Assembly (NCBI GenBank): GCA_012549035.1 | Contig: GCA_012549035.1_4805.1 | Length of the DNA stretch: 64,000 bases | Source: a phage | Reading direction: 5' to 3' (one strand) | Shown here: positions 10,096 through 20,202 of the stretch, piece by piece | Layout: every line of letters starts with the position of its first letter | Position numbering within the stretch: position 1 is the first letter of the stretch | Notes under the pieces: model-generated | The model's input: only the letters and a program-made list of their open reading frames with translations | Database searches by the model: none | Told to the model about the DNA's origin: nothing | Position numbers and translations under genes: made by a program

Positions 10096-10562
10096 TATAA
10101 AATCTCTTGGTTGCTCACGCCAGTTTTGACTACGTTCTCAAACTTGAAGCGATATTGACGTGTTTTCACACGACCTTGAGACTGGATGCCAGGAATTACT
10201 GAACCAGTTGTCAAGGTGCCTTTGTTTAGCGTGATAACCATTCCAGAAGGATAAGTCAGCACAAGTGTGATCACGTCTTTTGCGGAGTTCTTGCGCTTGC
10301 CTACGCGGTTTGCAGCTGCAAGAACGTCCAAGTTGACATCACTTTCAGAAGTAGGGATGATGTTCACACCTACTTCAAGCGGGTTTGCACGGTTCCACAC
10401 TACTAAGTCACCGTTAAGGCCCATTGCAGCCTCAGAGATTTGCAGGTCCGGCGCGTCAATCGGATCAGCATCATCTGCAAAATCAGAAAGGGTCACACCA
10501 TTAGGGAAAGTGTTTGATGCTACCAAACGAATCGAAGCGCCAAAACCGGAAACGTTAATCAT
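10095..10562 (-). CDS. Tail tube protein (putative)
   Basis: 155-aa ORF directly downstream of sheath-like gene; paralog of 8647..9144. Confidence 0.45.
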   Translation of the reverse strand: MINVSGFGASIRLVASNTFPNGVTLSDFADDADPIDAPDLQISEAAMGLNGDLVVWNRANPLEVGVNIIPTSESDVNLDVLAAANRVGKRKNSAKDVITLVLTYPSGMVITLNKGTLTTGSVIPGIQSQGRVKTRQYRFKFENVVKTGVSNQEIL

Positions 10563-10609
10563 TACAGATTCCTCTCAGAGAGATGGCCGCCAGTTACGGC
10601 GGCAATTAT

Positions 10610-12148
10610 TTAAATAAGAACGTCACGACCTTCAACGCGACGCACAGCATCATCTTTAGAGTAGATTAGCGTGTATGTTGCATAGTATTCGGTGCGGTTA
10701 TCGGAAGTGGTTTCAGTGTCAAAATCGACAGTCAACCAATAACCGATAGTCTCAACCTGCCGCCAAGCAGTGTTATCACCGGAAGTTTGCGTGATGTACT
10801 GTTTCTGGATTTCCGTCAGCGCCTTACCGACAGAGATGGTGCCGTTAACCTTCGCATTGTCAACAGCAACTTGAATCATTGCTTGTACAGTCGCTTTGCC
10901 TTCTTCGTTTGCAGGCACGCGACCAAGATTCAAGAACATGCTGAACAGCTGAGAAGTGATAGCAGATTTAAGCCACATCTCGTTGGCATAAGTGTTCATA
11001 TCAACTGCTGCGGTAGACCCGCCCATCAGAACACCACGCTGGAAGAACGCGAGAGTTTGACCAGCTTGCTGAGTCGCACCGATATAGTTTGCACGGTTTT
11101 GATCAGCAGTATCTGCGCGTGAATCAGTCGATACGGTTACATTTCGCGTTTCAAACTGATAATACATGTAGTTTTGAGTTGCATTTACAGTGTTATAGTT
11201 TGTCGCCGCGAGAATTTCAGCAGGTGCCTGGTCGATGTAATCATTCGCGAGGTTAGTTGCACGGATCATCATACCAACGCCTGAATAACCTTTCAACGCG
11301 GTATAGTATGAGCCGATGTTGGCGAATGCAGTCGAGAACAGATACATGTACATGTTGTTCTGCGAGTGAGTCCAAGCTGCAACGGCTGTGATTTCTTCCA
11401 GCGTTCGGTCTGCTCCAGCGAAAAGGAATGAGCCAAAGTTGTTGGAAATCTCCACAGATGCCGCGATGGCTTCTACCGGACTTGCTACACCCTGGCCAGC
11501 AACCGTAACGGTGCCAGTAGTCGTCCAACCAAGCGCCTGAGATGGGTCTGTAGGTTGGCCTGTGACGTTAATCGAAAGGTTTCCAGCGCCAGCGGTCGAC
11601 GTAGCGGCTTCCAAAGTGAACTGCTGGGTGTTGGCATTCCAATACACTTCTGCATCAGCAAGTGCAGGCACCGACGTGCCACCTTCTGCTGCAAACTTGG
11701 TGTTGATTGCCGTTTCCAAAAGTTCCGCTACGTTGGCAAGGCTTGTTGCCGCTGAAAGGTTGATGGCGTCAGTCAGGTAGTCTGTGCCGTCATAAGTGAT
11801 GCTTAAGATAGCGCCAGTGAATGCCTGGAAAGTGGCAAGTGTTTTAGGCTCAGTGTCGCCGATAACCATTGCAGGAATCGCCGTGGATACAACGCGAGAA
11901 AAGCTGATTGAATCAGGCGAGTTGATTTGCTTGCTGATGAATCCGAAATACAGTGCTGCACGCTTGTATTCTTCGGAAGAAAAACCGAAATATGATCCAA
12001 CGGCATCAGCAGTTGAAAATTCTGCTACAACGCCTGGCGGCAGAACTGTATTGGAAGTCATGATGCGAAGCGACAGTTTGCGAACTGCAACAGCCGCGCC
12101 TGCTCCGACCCCTGATACAATTTTAATATAACGAGATTGACTGATCAC
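10610..12148 (-). CDS. Tail sheath-like protein (putative)
   Basis: 512-aa ORF upstream of tube-like gene; size and position fit contractile-tail sheath; uncertain without search. Confidence 0.4.
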   Translation of the reverse strand: MISQSRYIKIVSGVGAGAAVAVRKLSLRIMTSNTVLPPGVVAEFSTADAVGSYFGFSSEEYKRAALYFGFISKQINSPDSISFSRVVSTAIPAMVIGDTEPKTLATFQAFTGAILSITYDGTDYLTDAINLSAATSLANVAELLETAINTKFAAEGGTSVPALADAEVYWNANTQQFTLEAATSTAGAGNLSINVTGQPTDPSQALGWTTTGTVTVAGQGVASPVEAIAASVEISNNFGSFLFAGADRTLEEITAVAAWTHSQNNMYMYLFSTAFANIGSYYTALKGYSGVGMMIRATNLANDYIDQAPAEILAATNYNTVNATQNYMYYQFETRNVTVSTDSRADTADQNRANYIGATQQAGQTLAFFQRGVLMGGSTAAVDMNTYANEMWLKSAITSQLFSMFLNLGRVPANEEGKATVQAMIQVAVDNAKVNGTISVGKALTEIQKQYITQTSGDNTAWRQVETIGYWLTVDFDTETTSDNRTEYYATYTLIYSKDDAVRRVEGRDVLI

Positions 12149-12160
12149 GTCGGTGTCCTC

Positions 12161-12646
12161 TTATTTAATGACTTGGCTGTTGACAGATTGCCACATAAGG
12201 CTGCTGTGAATTAAAGGTTTGTCGAATCCTTTCACACGCACGGTATATCTGGCGTTTCTTTGCCAAGGTCCGTTTTTAATTGATTCGACAATCTTTGCTT
12301 CCATCGCAAGCCCAATCTGACCTAATGCCTGTCTAGCGTCTATTTTACCGGAAAAAATCTTTTTAGCAATTTTATTCTCTATTTCACTGCGATCACTAAC
12401 GAATAATTCATAGGCATATCTCATGAATGGTCTGGGTGGCACTTCTACCCTGACTGGGCCTTGTCCAAAGTTCAAAACGGCTATGTGACCAAATTCATTA
12501 AGCCGCGCGACTTCTGACACCAACATCCCTTCTCCACCAGTTTCTGAAGGGTATCTGGTAGAATCAAACCATCCTGCCTCTACAGTAAGACCCTTCATCG
12601 ATTGAAGCGCCTTTATCTGTTTTTCTATCATTTTTGATTTTGTCAT
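12161..12646 (-). CDS. Head-tail connector / tail completion protein (putative)
   Basis: 161-aa ORF between capsid and tail blocks. Confidence 0.45.
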   Translation of the reverse strand: MTKSKMIEKQIKALQSMKGLTVEAGWFDSTRYPSETGGEGMLVSEVARLNEFGHIAVLNFGQGPVRVEVPPRPFMRYAYELFVSDRSEIENKIAKKIFSGKIDARQALGQIGLAMEAKIVESIKNGPWQRNARYTVRVKGFDKPLIHSSLMWQSVNSQVIK

Positions 12647-12647
12647 A

Positions 12648-13229
12648 TCACACCGGAATATCGCCTAAATCGTTATTAACAGCTCTTGCAACAGCAGGCG
12701 TGTCAATTGAAATTGCGTTTCTGTGAAGGATTACCAAATCAAAAGAAGGAAACGATTCAAATTGCGACATGTCGTCATAGAACTTTTCATTGTTGTTCAT
12801 GTCGACTCTATATACTGAAGCTTGATGCTTTTTAAACCAATCTCTCAAATTAGCCTTGTGGGTTATGAATCTTGCTAAATAAGTCAAAACGTCATTAGCC
12901 GTAGGCTTTTCTGGATTGCCAGGGACTTCTGGAAATAAACCGCTAATTTGAAGACGTGTTGCGTATATCTGATCTTCAATATCTTTGAATTTTCCATTAA
13001 CGAATTGAGATTCATCATTGACAAATTCATTCTTTCTCATCGACCAACCGAATGGAACTGAGAATAAAAGGTTAAACCAAATCTGATCACCAGTCGGAAT
13101 GCCCTGTTGAGTCGGTTGGTATTTTTTCTGGACCGGAACAGCAGAAAGGTCTGCACGACTATACGCCGCCAGACCTTCTTCAATTCGCGTTGCCAGCATG
13201 TCAATCAGGTCGACATCTGTCATATACAC
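12648..13229 (-). CDS. Hypothetical head-tail joining protein
   Basis: 193-aa ORF, tight spacing. Confidence 0.45.
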   Translation of the reverse strand: MYMTDVDLIDMLATRIEEGLAAYSRADLSAVPVQKKYQPTQQGIPTGDQIWFNLLFSVPFGWSMRKNEFVNDESQFVNGKFKDIEDQIYATRLQISGLFPEVPGNPEKPTANDVLTYLARFITHKANLRDWFKKHQASVYRVDMNNNEKFYDDMSQFESFPSFDLVILHRNAISIDTPAVARAVNNDLGDIPV

Positions 13230-13230
13230 C

Positions 13231-13617
13231 TCAAGTAGACACTGGAAAGCTTTGTTTTACTTCCACGGCAAGGCAAGACGTCCAACCATCTTGGTCAAAC
13301 CATGTCGTTTCATCTTCCATCTTGTACGTTTTGCCACCAAACACAAAATAGTCGCCGGAAGCGTCGCGGTCAAGGTCAACAATGTCTTTGTCCACCCAGA
13401 TTTTGACATAGTTCTTTTGAAGCTCTAAACCAAGCTCAACGTATTGGTTTCGAAGTACAGCCTGCACCGAAGCAAGTAAGGTGATTGGTTCTTCATATGT
13501 AGTGACATAGTTGCGCATTTTATCAAGGGTGCGCCCCTTGTACATGTAATATTGAATCGGTTGGCGACCGATAACCTTTGTCGCAACTCGATATAAGTTT
13601 ACGCCAGGAATCCTCAC
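13231..13617 (-). CDS. Hypothetical head-tail joining protein
   Basis: 128-aa ORF. Confidence 0.45.
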   Translation of the reverse strand: MRIPGVNLYRVATKVIGRQPIQYYMYKGRTLDKMRNYVTTYEEPITLLASVQAVLRNQYVELGLELQKNYVKIWVDKDIVDLDRDASGDYFVFGGKTYKMEDETTWFDQDGWTSCLAVEVKQSFPVST

Positions 13618-14078
13618 CAGAATACCCCACCAATTTTACGAAATCCTTCGCGCTCTGGAAGACCACCGAATGACAAGCCACCAACGGCCAATGCTTGAAG
13701 AAGCGCCCACAACGCCATGCCATATGGAGTGCTTGATAGCCAGTATTCCCAGCCATCACTCGCAGGCGGCGCGACTTTGTTCACTGTGATGTCACCAATT
13801 GTTGCGCCAGTCACGAAGCCGCCTTGTTCAACTCCGTCACCAGAAGACACAGACACTTGTTGGTCTGCGGCTATGCATAAAAGATGAGCCGTCATATATT
13901 CCAATGCCAGCTCCAATTTACTGCCATTTAAAACACGACAAGGACTGTCTTGTGATTCAATAAATTCACATGCCATGTCATAGAATACTTGAAGTGTTGT
14001 GTCAGGGAATTTAACCTGATCAGCAAACTGTGGAAATTTAATTCTGAACTTTTCGTAATCTAATGACATGGCATTCAC
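13614..14078 (-). CDS. Hypothetical head completion protein
   Basis: 154-aa ORF overlapping downstream start. Confidence 0.45.
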   Translation of the reverse strand: MNAMSLDYEKFRIKFPQFADQVKFPDTTLQVFYDMACEFIESQDSPCRVLNGSKLELALEYMTAHLLCIAADQQVSVSSGDGVEQGGFVTGATIGDITVNKVAPPASDGWEYWLSSTPYGMALWALLQALAVGGLSFGGLPEREGFRKIGGVFW

Positions 14079-14083
14079 CTTAT

Positions 14084-14548
14084 TTAAACGCGGAATAAAT
14101 CATCTTCTTGGTCGCCGCTCAACTTTACCTTGATGCGCTTGTCAGCAGTTTCGCGCGTCATAGGCGCAAACGGGTCGTCTGACATGCTGCGAACTTCTTT
14201 AGCGACGGCTTTGTGATTGCCAACAATGTCGTGATTTACGACTTTCACCAAACCTTTTTCAAGATGCTGCTTAAACACGTGATGATCTTTCAGATGCTCA
14301 AAATCTGCATCGCTTACAACGGTGACGATTCCTTCAGGAGTCCACAAAGGTGCACCGTCAGCGCCTTTTGCCATTTCACCAAAGCCGGAAGTTGCTGAAG
14401 TAAGACCAGCGCCACCCTTGATCAGAATCTGTTTGCGGATGTTTGGAAGAGCGCCTGAACCAGCTTTTGCATTCGGGTTTTCTTTCACTTCCGTATAGAA
14501 GGTGTAGTTAACTGACATAGACATAGTTGAAACGATGTATTTTGACAT
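14084..14548 (-). CDS. Hypothetical virion protein (possible decoration protein)
   Basis: 154-aa ORF immediately downstream of major capsid gene. Confidence 0.45.
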   Translation of the reverse strand: MSKYIVSTMSMSVNYTFYTEVKENPNAKAGSGALPNIRKQILIKGGAGLTSATSGFGEMAKGADGAPLWTPEGIVTVVSDADFEHLKDHHVFKQHLEKGLVKVVNHDIVGNHKAVAKEVRSMSDDPFAPMTRETADKRIKVKLSGDQEDDLFRV

Positions 14549-14663
14549 TTTGTAGTCCTATTTATATAAGCCTCAGATAAGCCCCTACAGCCCTTGAGGT
14601 CTATTGATATGGGGCGAAGCCTTTCGACCACGCCCCATGTGTTTTACTGTGTAATCACAGCAA

Positions 14664-15803
14664 TTAAATACCAGTCATACGGACGACTGCGAAAGGACGC
14701 TTGAGCAAAACGCCTGCTGTTGCGTTTGCGTAGTCTTCAACGTAGCTCTTAGCACGCTTTTCAACGCCCAGAGTCATGAACTTGGTCTGAACCAGCTGAC
14801 TGAATACGGAACCATCATCGCTTGAGCCATCGATTGAGGAATCAATGTGATCAGCGTACAGGTATGCCACGTTCAAGAAAGTCGGGTCACTGCCAAGTGC
14901 GCCGTTGAGTTCCGGTGCAGACTTGATCTTCATCTTCGGATAAGTCTGGGTGATCCAGTCACGTACAGAAATACCGAAGTCAGTGGTGTTGGACAGCCAA
15001 TCGATAGAGTTTGTCGGCAGCGCCAGAGTCATGTCAACCTTCTCTGGATCAATCTGGTCCTGAGAGTTCACACGAATTTGACGAACCATCAAACGGATGT
15101 CTGCAGTCACCTGTTGGAAGGTCGCAGTAGCCCAGCCGGAAGTGGTGTTGGAAGTCATCGCCGCTGGCAGGTTTGGATCATTCAGGAAGCCGAACGTGCG
15201 GTTGTTCCCGTTGTACCAACCATAGAAGCCGATTGCGTTACGCATGATTTCCAGAGATACAGCGGCCTGCTGGCGTTTGGTTTCTGCGGAGTTCAGACGC
15301 ATCGCAGACGCGCGGCCTTCTTCCAGCATACCAACTGCCATGCCCATTTCACCGCGAACGATAGAGCGACGTTCAAAGTTTACGTTCCAGCTTGCCAGAG
15401 GAATAGAGGTGAAATCACCATATTCAACTGCGGTGCCAGCTGGTTCAACGATGCCCTGAACGATTTCTGCATCTTCCCACTGACCAACGGTATCAATACC
15501 AACCAGCTCGTCGATTTTACGAGCAGCCGTCATGATTTTGACGAAGCCAGGCAGCCACTGCTGCAGGAATTGCAACGGGGTCGGGATTGACGGAGTAGTC
15601 TGCGGCGCAGTAAACGCGGCGTCACCTACGCGAAAAGCGCCTGCACGGTTTAAGTGCTCAATCTGATCACGCACAATCGCGGAATCAAACACAATACCGA
15701 TACGAGCAAGCTGGGAAACAGCCGCGTCAGTAACGGATTGCATATCAAAAGGGCGCACCTTGCTCGCTGGGAGGCGAGAGTGTGTTTGGCTAATGCGAGT
15801 CAT
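14664..15803 (-). CDS. Major capsid protein (putative)
   Basis: 379-aa ORF after scaffold/protease genes; size and position typical of HK97-fold capsid proteins. Confidence 0.55.
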   Translation of the reverse strand: MTRISQTHSRLPASKVRPFDMQSVTDAAVSQLARIGIVFDSAIVRDQIEHLNRAGAFRVGDAAFTAPQTTPSIPTPLQFLQQWLPGFVKIMTAARKIDELVGIDTVGQWEDAEIVQGIVEPAGTAVEYGDFTSIPLASWNVNFERRSIVRGEMGMAVGMLEEGRASAMRLNSAETKRQQAAVSLEIMRNAIGFYGWYNGNNRTFGFLNDPNLPAAMTSNTTSGWATATFQQVTADIRLMVRQIRVNSQDQIDPEKVDMTLALPTNSIDWLSNTTDFGISVRDWITQTYPKMKIKSAPELNGALGSDPTFLNVAYLYADHIDSSIDGSSDDGSVFSQLVQTKFMTLGVEKRAKSYVEDYANATAGVLLKRPFAVVRMTGI

Positions 15804-15817
15804 TATTCACCTGCCTA

Positions 15818-16435
15818 TTAACGAGTCAATTGTACAATGGTATAAGTGGAAGACTGGACGCTTGGGCCGGAAAGGGCAATAGCAGTCGGGTCAATCACGA
15901 TACCGCCTGGAATGGCAACCATGCCAGTTGGCAGTGAGCCAGTGTAGGCGATAATTGCACCGATAGGCAAGTTGTTCGGGTTGTTACCGCTGGAAATGCC
16001 TTTAGGTACATAAGCGAGCAGGTCGCCGTAGTTCAGCGTCTGCGGACTGGTGCTTGGGTTGAATACTTCAACTACGAGGCCCGTGCACATATCGTAGAAC
16101 TCGCCTTCGCTATATTGAGGCAGAACCATGCTGGCGCCCAAAGGACCAGTAGAGTTGCCATACAGAGCGTAACGCTTGCTGTTGCCAAGGATGCCATAGT
16201 AATTGGTGCCGCCCAGTTCAACTTCAAAGTCCTGCGCGCCCAAGGTTTTGGTTTGACCAGTACCCATTAAAGATACGTCATCTTTAAAACCAAACACACG
16301 GCTAATGGCGTTTACGTTTGCACCGTCGTTGGCGCTAACGATTCGGCCTGGCTTCCCACGCTGTGGGCCGTCGCGAACGATGTCGCCAGGAAAGCCAGTT
16401 GTATATTGACGGCCTACACTAGTTTGGAAAGTCAT
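15818..16435 (-). CDS. Hypothetical head protein (scaffold or decoration)
   Basis: ATG at 16435 overlaps upstream stop and has AAGGGG SD; track ORF starts at non-ATG 16456. Confidence 0.5.
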   Translation of the reverse strand: MTFQTSVGRQYTTGFPGDIVRDGPQRGKPGRIVSANDGANVNAISRVFGFKDDVSLMGTGQTKTLGAQDFEVELGGTNYYGILGNSKRYALYGNSTGPLGASMVLPQYSEGEFYDMCTGLVVEVFNPSTSPQTLNYGDLLAYVPKGISSGNNPNNLPIGAIIAYTGSLPTGMVAIPGGIVIDPTAIALSGPSVQSSTYTIVQLTR

Positions 16436-16437
16436 GT

Positions 16438-17856
16438 TTATTCCCCTTTCAACCAAGCTTCAAATGCTTCGTCAGTTGCTGCAGAATCCGCAGCGGCCTT
16501 TTGTTTTGCGACTACACGCTGTTTTTGACCGTGTTCAACGCCGCGCAGATAATTATCCACAACGTCAAACTCAGCACCATCAACGCACTTCAAGCCTAAC
16601 TTTTTAGCGCCATATTTCGCTACGGACTTGGAGTCCATAGTTGCATGATCAAAGGCACCAACAACTTTAGACAGGCGCTGGTAGAGGCTATTCTTACGAG
16701 CAGAATCAGCGTAGAAAGCAGCAACTGCTGAATCAGATGCCATTGAGTGTTCCCCTTTTGCTGGACCTGGCGACGCTTTCGCCGCTTTTGTCGGTTTGTC
16801 ATCTTTTTCGACCGAAGCCCCCTTTACGTTGCTGTTTTGCAGGCCGCTAACCACATCTTCAGCTTTGTCGCAAGGTGATACATCTTCAGCCTTGACTTCA
16901 ACTTCTTCGTCTTTGACTTCGGCTTCAACTTCTTCTTCATCACCTACCGCGCCACCTTTCAGTTTTGCAATAAGTGCTTCGATTTGGCTGATCAATTGCG
17001 GAAGTTCGCCGCCAGCGTGAGATTCAGTTTCAACTTCAAACTTCTCTTCACCTTCTGGGGTTTCTTCTGCTTCTGCCTTGACTTCTGGATCAACCATTAC
17101 TTCTTCACGATTTTCGGTTGAGTCCTTCTCTTCTGCTTTCACTTCAACTTCATCCTGATGAGCAGCTTCAGCACTCTCTTCGTTCAGAAATTGTTCGAGC
17201 GCAGGGATCAGTGATTTCAGCTGTTCAACAGCATTATCACGCGCTTTACCTTTTAACGGTTTTGGCATGTCTAAATCCTCGTTGGATGGTGTTACAGTCG
17301 TCAAACAAAGATGGTCAAAGCAACGACCATCCAGCACCCGTGCACCTGGTACTCGACCAACGTCCACGAGAGCAATGTGGTTGCCGCGAAGAGTTGTCTG
17401 CACCACTTCATACGGCTGCCCGTCAAACTCTCCAGACTGTATGATGAATTCACAGTCATAGCCCAAAGACAAGTCAACCTTTCCAGAATCAATGGCCTTC
17501 TTCAGACGACGGCTAAACACTTTAAGGTCGCCGCGCATCCATGGCTTGTCATAATAAACATTGCCAGTCAGAACGCCATCAACTCCATACTCTTCGGGTG
17601 CTGTGTTATCCTCATCACCTTCAAATCCAGAAAGCATTTCGTGATTGTCGATGAAAGGGATATTTTTGAATGAATCTATCGCTTCGGGGTCTTTCACCGC
17701 TGACTCAGGGCGATAGACTTTTACGATGCGATTCGGATCACCATCAAGACCAACTTGACCAGCAGAATAATCAAAAATGCCAAATGACGAAATTGGACAA
17801 CCCATAATCGTCAAGAATCCATTTTTGTCAATTTCGCGTGCCGTTTGCATTCGCAT
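16438..17856 (-). CDS. Prohead protease / scaffolding-like protein with acidic coiled-coil region
   Basis: 472-aa ORF; Glu/Lys/Ala-rich central region typical of scaffolds; GAGGGTGG SD; alternative ATG at 17850. Confidence 0.45.
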   Translation of the reverse strand: MRMQTAREIDKNGFLTIMGCPISSFGIFDYSAGQVGLDGDPNRIVKVYRPESAVKDPEAIDSFKNIPFIDNHEMLSGFEGDEDNTAPEEYGVDGVLTGNVYYDKPWMRGDLKVFSRRLKKAIDSGKVDLSLGYDCEFIIQSGEFDGQPYEVVQTTLRGNHIALVDVGRVPGARVLDGRCFDHLCLTTVTPSNEDLDMPKPLKGKARDNAVEQLKSLIPALEQFLNEESAEAAHQDEVEVKAEEKDSTENREEVMVDPEVKAEAEETPEGEEKFEVETESHAGGELPQLISQIEALIAKLKGGAVGDEEEVEAEVKDEEVEVKAEDVSPCDKAEDVVSGLQNSNVKGASVEKDDKPTKAAKASPGPAKGEHSMASDSAVAAFYADSARKNSLYQRLSKVVGAFDHATMDSKSVAKYGAKKLGLKCVDGAEFDVVDNYLRGVEHGQKQRVVAKQKAAADSAATDEAFEAWLKGE

Positions 17857-17968
17857 CCACCCTCAAATAAGTATTGTGTATTATATCTAATGAAAAAAAC
17901 TTAGGCAAACAATAATTATGGTTTGAATATGTATAACAACCGATATAGCCGCGCCTTTATTAGTGTGA

Positions 17969-18193
17969 TACGGATGATACGGATAAAATGAGGCGTATTT
18001 TTATCCGTATCGGTGTATAAGCCGCGCTATCACTGGTGTGCTACGGATGATACGGATGATACGGATACTTTTCATATATAAGAGTTTATAAAAAAAAATA
18101 AAATTAAATTATATATATAATTTTAAATTAATTTATTTGAATTCCTATATAGTACGGCGGCAACGCGTATCATCCGTATCATCCGTAAGATTC
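17969..18193. repeat. Iteron cluster R1 (GATACGGAT-type 9-bp units) flanking extreme AT-rich tract
   Basis: GATACGGATGATACGGATA (x2), inverted TATCCGTATC, CTACGGATGATACGGATGATACGGATAC (x3), AT-rich 18075-18150, then 29-bp GCGTATCATCCGTATCATCCGTAAGATTC (18165-18193) identical to 34419-34447. Confidence 0.6.
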
Positions 18194-18273
18194 TTTTGAA
18201 AACAATAACTTACTTGATACGTATGATACGTCATTATACGTATAAAACTCGCGGCAATCCTTTGCCGATGAAT

Positions 18274-18411
18274 TCAGTGGATATTAAATAGCACTCCTGC
18301 AACTAAAACGCCAATCAGCATTGAGTCATAAACAGCCCATTTCCAAGAAAGCAAAGAGTTGCAATTAATATTTCGCACTTTAACATAATGTGACTGAATA
18401 ATCTTTTGCAT
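18274..18411 (-). CDS. Small membrane protein (45 aa)
   Basis: Hand-translated MQKIIQSHYVKVRNINCNSLLSWKWAVYDSMLIGVLVAGVLFNIH; GAGGAAG SD before ATG; hydrophobic C-terminus; below ORF-track size cut-off. Confidence 0.4.
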   Translation of the reverse strand: MQKIIQSHYVKVRNINCNSLLSWKWAVYDSMLIGVLVAGVLFNIH

Positions 18412-18421
18412 AACTTCCTCT

Positions 18422-19342
18422 TTAGTTCAGCTTGATTGCGGTGATCTGTCCGTAAACGGTAGATGTCAATGCCTCTGTGCATTGATAGTTTAGATACACG
18501 TTGCCAGGCGCGGCAAGAGTGATTATCTTTGTTGGAATATTGCCGCCGAAACGACCTGCAGCCCGAATGCCAGCTGACATCGTAAATGCATCATCCGTAA
18601 TATCTGAATCGCTTGTTGACAATTTGGCTGTAATTCCGGTATTCGCTTGAATTCCTGCTGTCGCGACAGTCAACTGACTTGCCGTCACAAGCCACTTTCC
18701 TGCAGGAAGGTTTAAGGTCGCCAGATTAACCAAAGTGGTTGGAGGATTGCTAACACTGTTCGTGGCACTCTGGACGGTGCTTTCCGCTGCGTTAAGCACA
18801 CCGGAACCATCAATTGATAGAGTTGTACCGACCTTTACGCCGCCTAAAGTAGATGCTGACGCAATCGGCAATGAGTATTGAGTAACGCTAATTGTACCGT
18901 CACCTGCGACGCTTATTCCGCTTCCTATTTTGACGCCGCCGAGAACAGAAGCCGTTGCCGCTGGTAACGTGTATTGGTTGCCGCTTGATTTGACCACTTT
19001 AACGGCGACAGCATTCTTTGACCCTCCAGACTCCATTCCTATAATCACTGCTTCTCCAAAAGCGATGGTGATTGTAGATGCAGTTAAACCAGTCTGCACG
19101 TCTGTTATGTTCATTTTGGGAACTGAAAGTGTCAGATTCGGCTTGCTGGTAGAATCGCCATCATTACCGATCATAAAGAATTGACCAACTGAATTGTATC
19201 CAGACGCCAATGGCGGACTCAATGGAACAATCAGGTTTTTATCGGATGTAAATTCTGAAACAATCGCCAAACCGTTAGCATATACAGCAGGCAATACTGG
19301 CGTTTGTCCAGATAGAGGAAACGTGCTGATTGGTATCGTCAT
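18422..19342 (-). CDS. Virion protein with Ig-like/fiber repeats (head fiber or decoration, putative)
   Basis: Repeats LPAATASVLGGVKIGSGISV / LPIASASTLGGVKVGTTLSI; ATG at 19342 with GAGGT SD avoids overlap with MuF-like gene. Confidence 0.5.
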   Translation of the reverse strand: MTIPISTFPLSGQTPVLPAVYANGLAIVSEFTSDKNLIVPLSPPLASGYNSVGQFFMIGNDGDSTSKPNLTLSVPKMNITDVQTGLTASTITIAFGEAVIIGMESGGSKNAVAVKVVKSSGNQYTLPAATASVLGGVKIGSGISVAGDGTISVTQYSLPIASASTLGGVKVGTTLSIDGSGVLNAAESTVQSATNSVSNPPTTLVNLATLNLPAGKWLVTASQLTVATAGIQANTGITAKLSTSDSDITDDAFTMSAGIRAAGRFGGNIPTKIITLAAPGNVYLNYQCTEALTSTVYGQITAIKLN

Positions 19343-19349
19343 AATGACC

Positions 19350-20201
19350 TCAAATGATTGGTATTTTTCTGCACTTGCAGTGTATTGCCCATCCAGGAGG
19401 ACCGATGTCACCCTTTTTGAACTTCAATTCGCCGCCAACTTCCCATAGGCGCTTGTCATCAAGTTTGAATCTCATTCCGTCGACGTGTTCATGAGAGATT
19501 CGCGGCTCCTTTCCTGCTCCTGAGTGCGCCCACTCAAATTCTTCGACTCCATTCTGGCGCATCCTTTCATCGCTTAGAACGCAATACAATTTGCTTGTCT
19601 GGTCTTTAGCGATCAAGTCGACTCTCTTTGCAGAGAAGTGTTTTACGTTTCGCAATGCCGCCTGAATGCCTGACGTGCCTTGCTGGGCTGGGTCGGGAGA
19701 AGTCAGCGAAAGCATGACTGCTTCGTACACTCTGTTGTGAATATCCTCGCCGACCTTAGTCACTAGAGTCGTGTTAAACTTCTCGCTTGTTCTAAGAGTG
19801 TTCTCAACGAATTTGTTATATGTGGCCTTTGGCGCTTCTATGCCTGCGGACTTAAGGCTTGCGAATGTAGCAGAAGTGGCACCCTTTTCGACCGATTTGA
19901 TAAAATCAGCGGCAATCTTCGACCCAACACGTGCAAACGCCTTTGCCCATTTCAGTTGCAGCCGTTTCATAAGGGTCTGGAATGTCGAATCAGCAGAGTC
20001 TTGCGCAAAAAACTTCTGCACCTGCTTCTTGTCAAGCCATTCTGAAATGCCTGCCTGATAGTCATCAATCATCGCATAGCAAAGACCTTTCATCTCACGA
20101 CGATAGGCCATCGCGATTGCGTTGGATGGGATTATCGGACTGCCGCGCCCGACTCTATCGGGTAAGCGGCGTTCACGTTTTTTCGAAGCTTTAAAAGCCA
20201 T
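19350..20201 (-). CDS. Head morphogenesis protein (Mu F / SPP1 gp7-like)
   Basis: C-terminal HVDG...PPGWAIHCKCRKIPII resembles conserved MuF-family motif; directly downstream of portal; ATG at 20201. Confidence 0.6.
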   Translation of the reverse strand: MAFKASKKRERRLPDRVGRGSPIIPSNAIAMAYRREMKGLCYAMIDDYQAGISEWLDKKQVQKFFAQDSADSTFQTLMKRLQLKWAKAFARVGSKIAADFIKSVEKGATSATFASLKSAGIEAPKATYNKFVENTLRTSEKFNTTLVTKVGEDIHNRVYEAVMLSLTSPDPAQQGTSGIQAALRNVKHFSAKRVDLIAKDQTSKLYCVLSDERMRQNGVEEFEWAHSGAGKEPRISHEHVDGMRFKLDDKRLWEVGGELKFKKGDIGPPGWAIHCKCRKIPII

Positions 20202-20202
20202 A

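Noticed and set aside
14847-15590. Plus-strand 247-aa ORF
   Set aside because: Antisense to the major capsid gene; Arg/Cys/His-rich.
17969-18193. CRISPR array interpretation of the 9-bp repeats
   Set aside because: Units are 9 bp, directly tandem or inverted, with no unique spacers of regular length and no cas genes.
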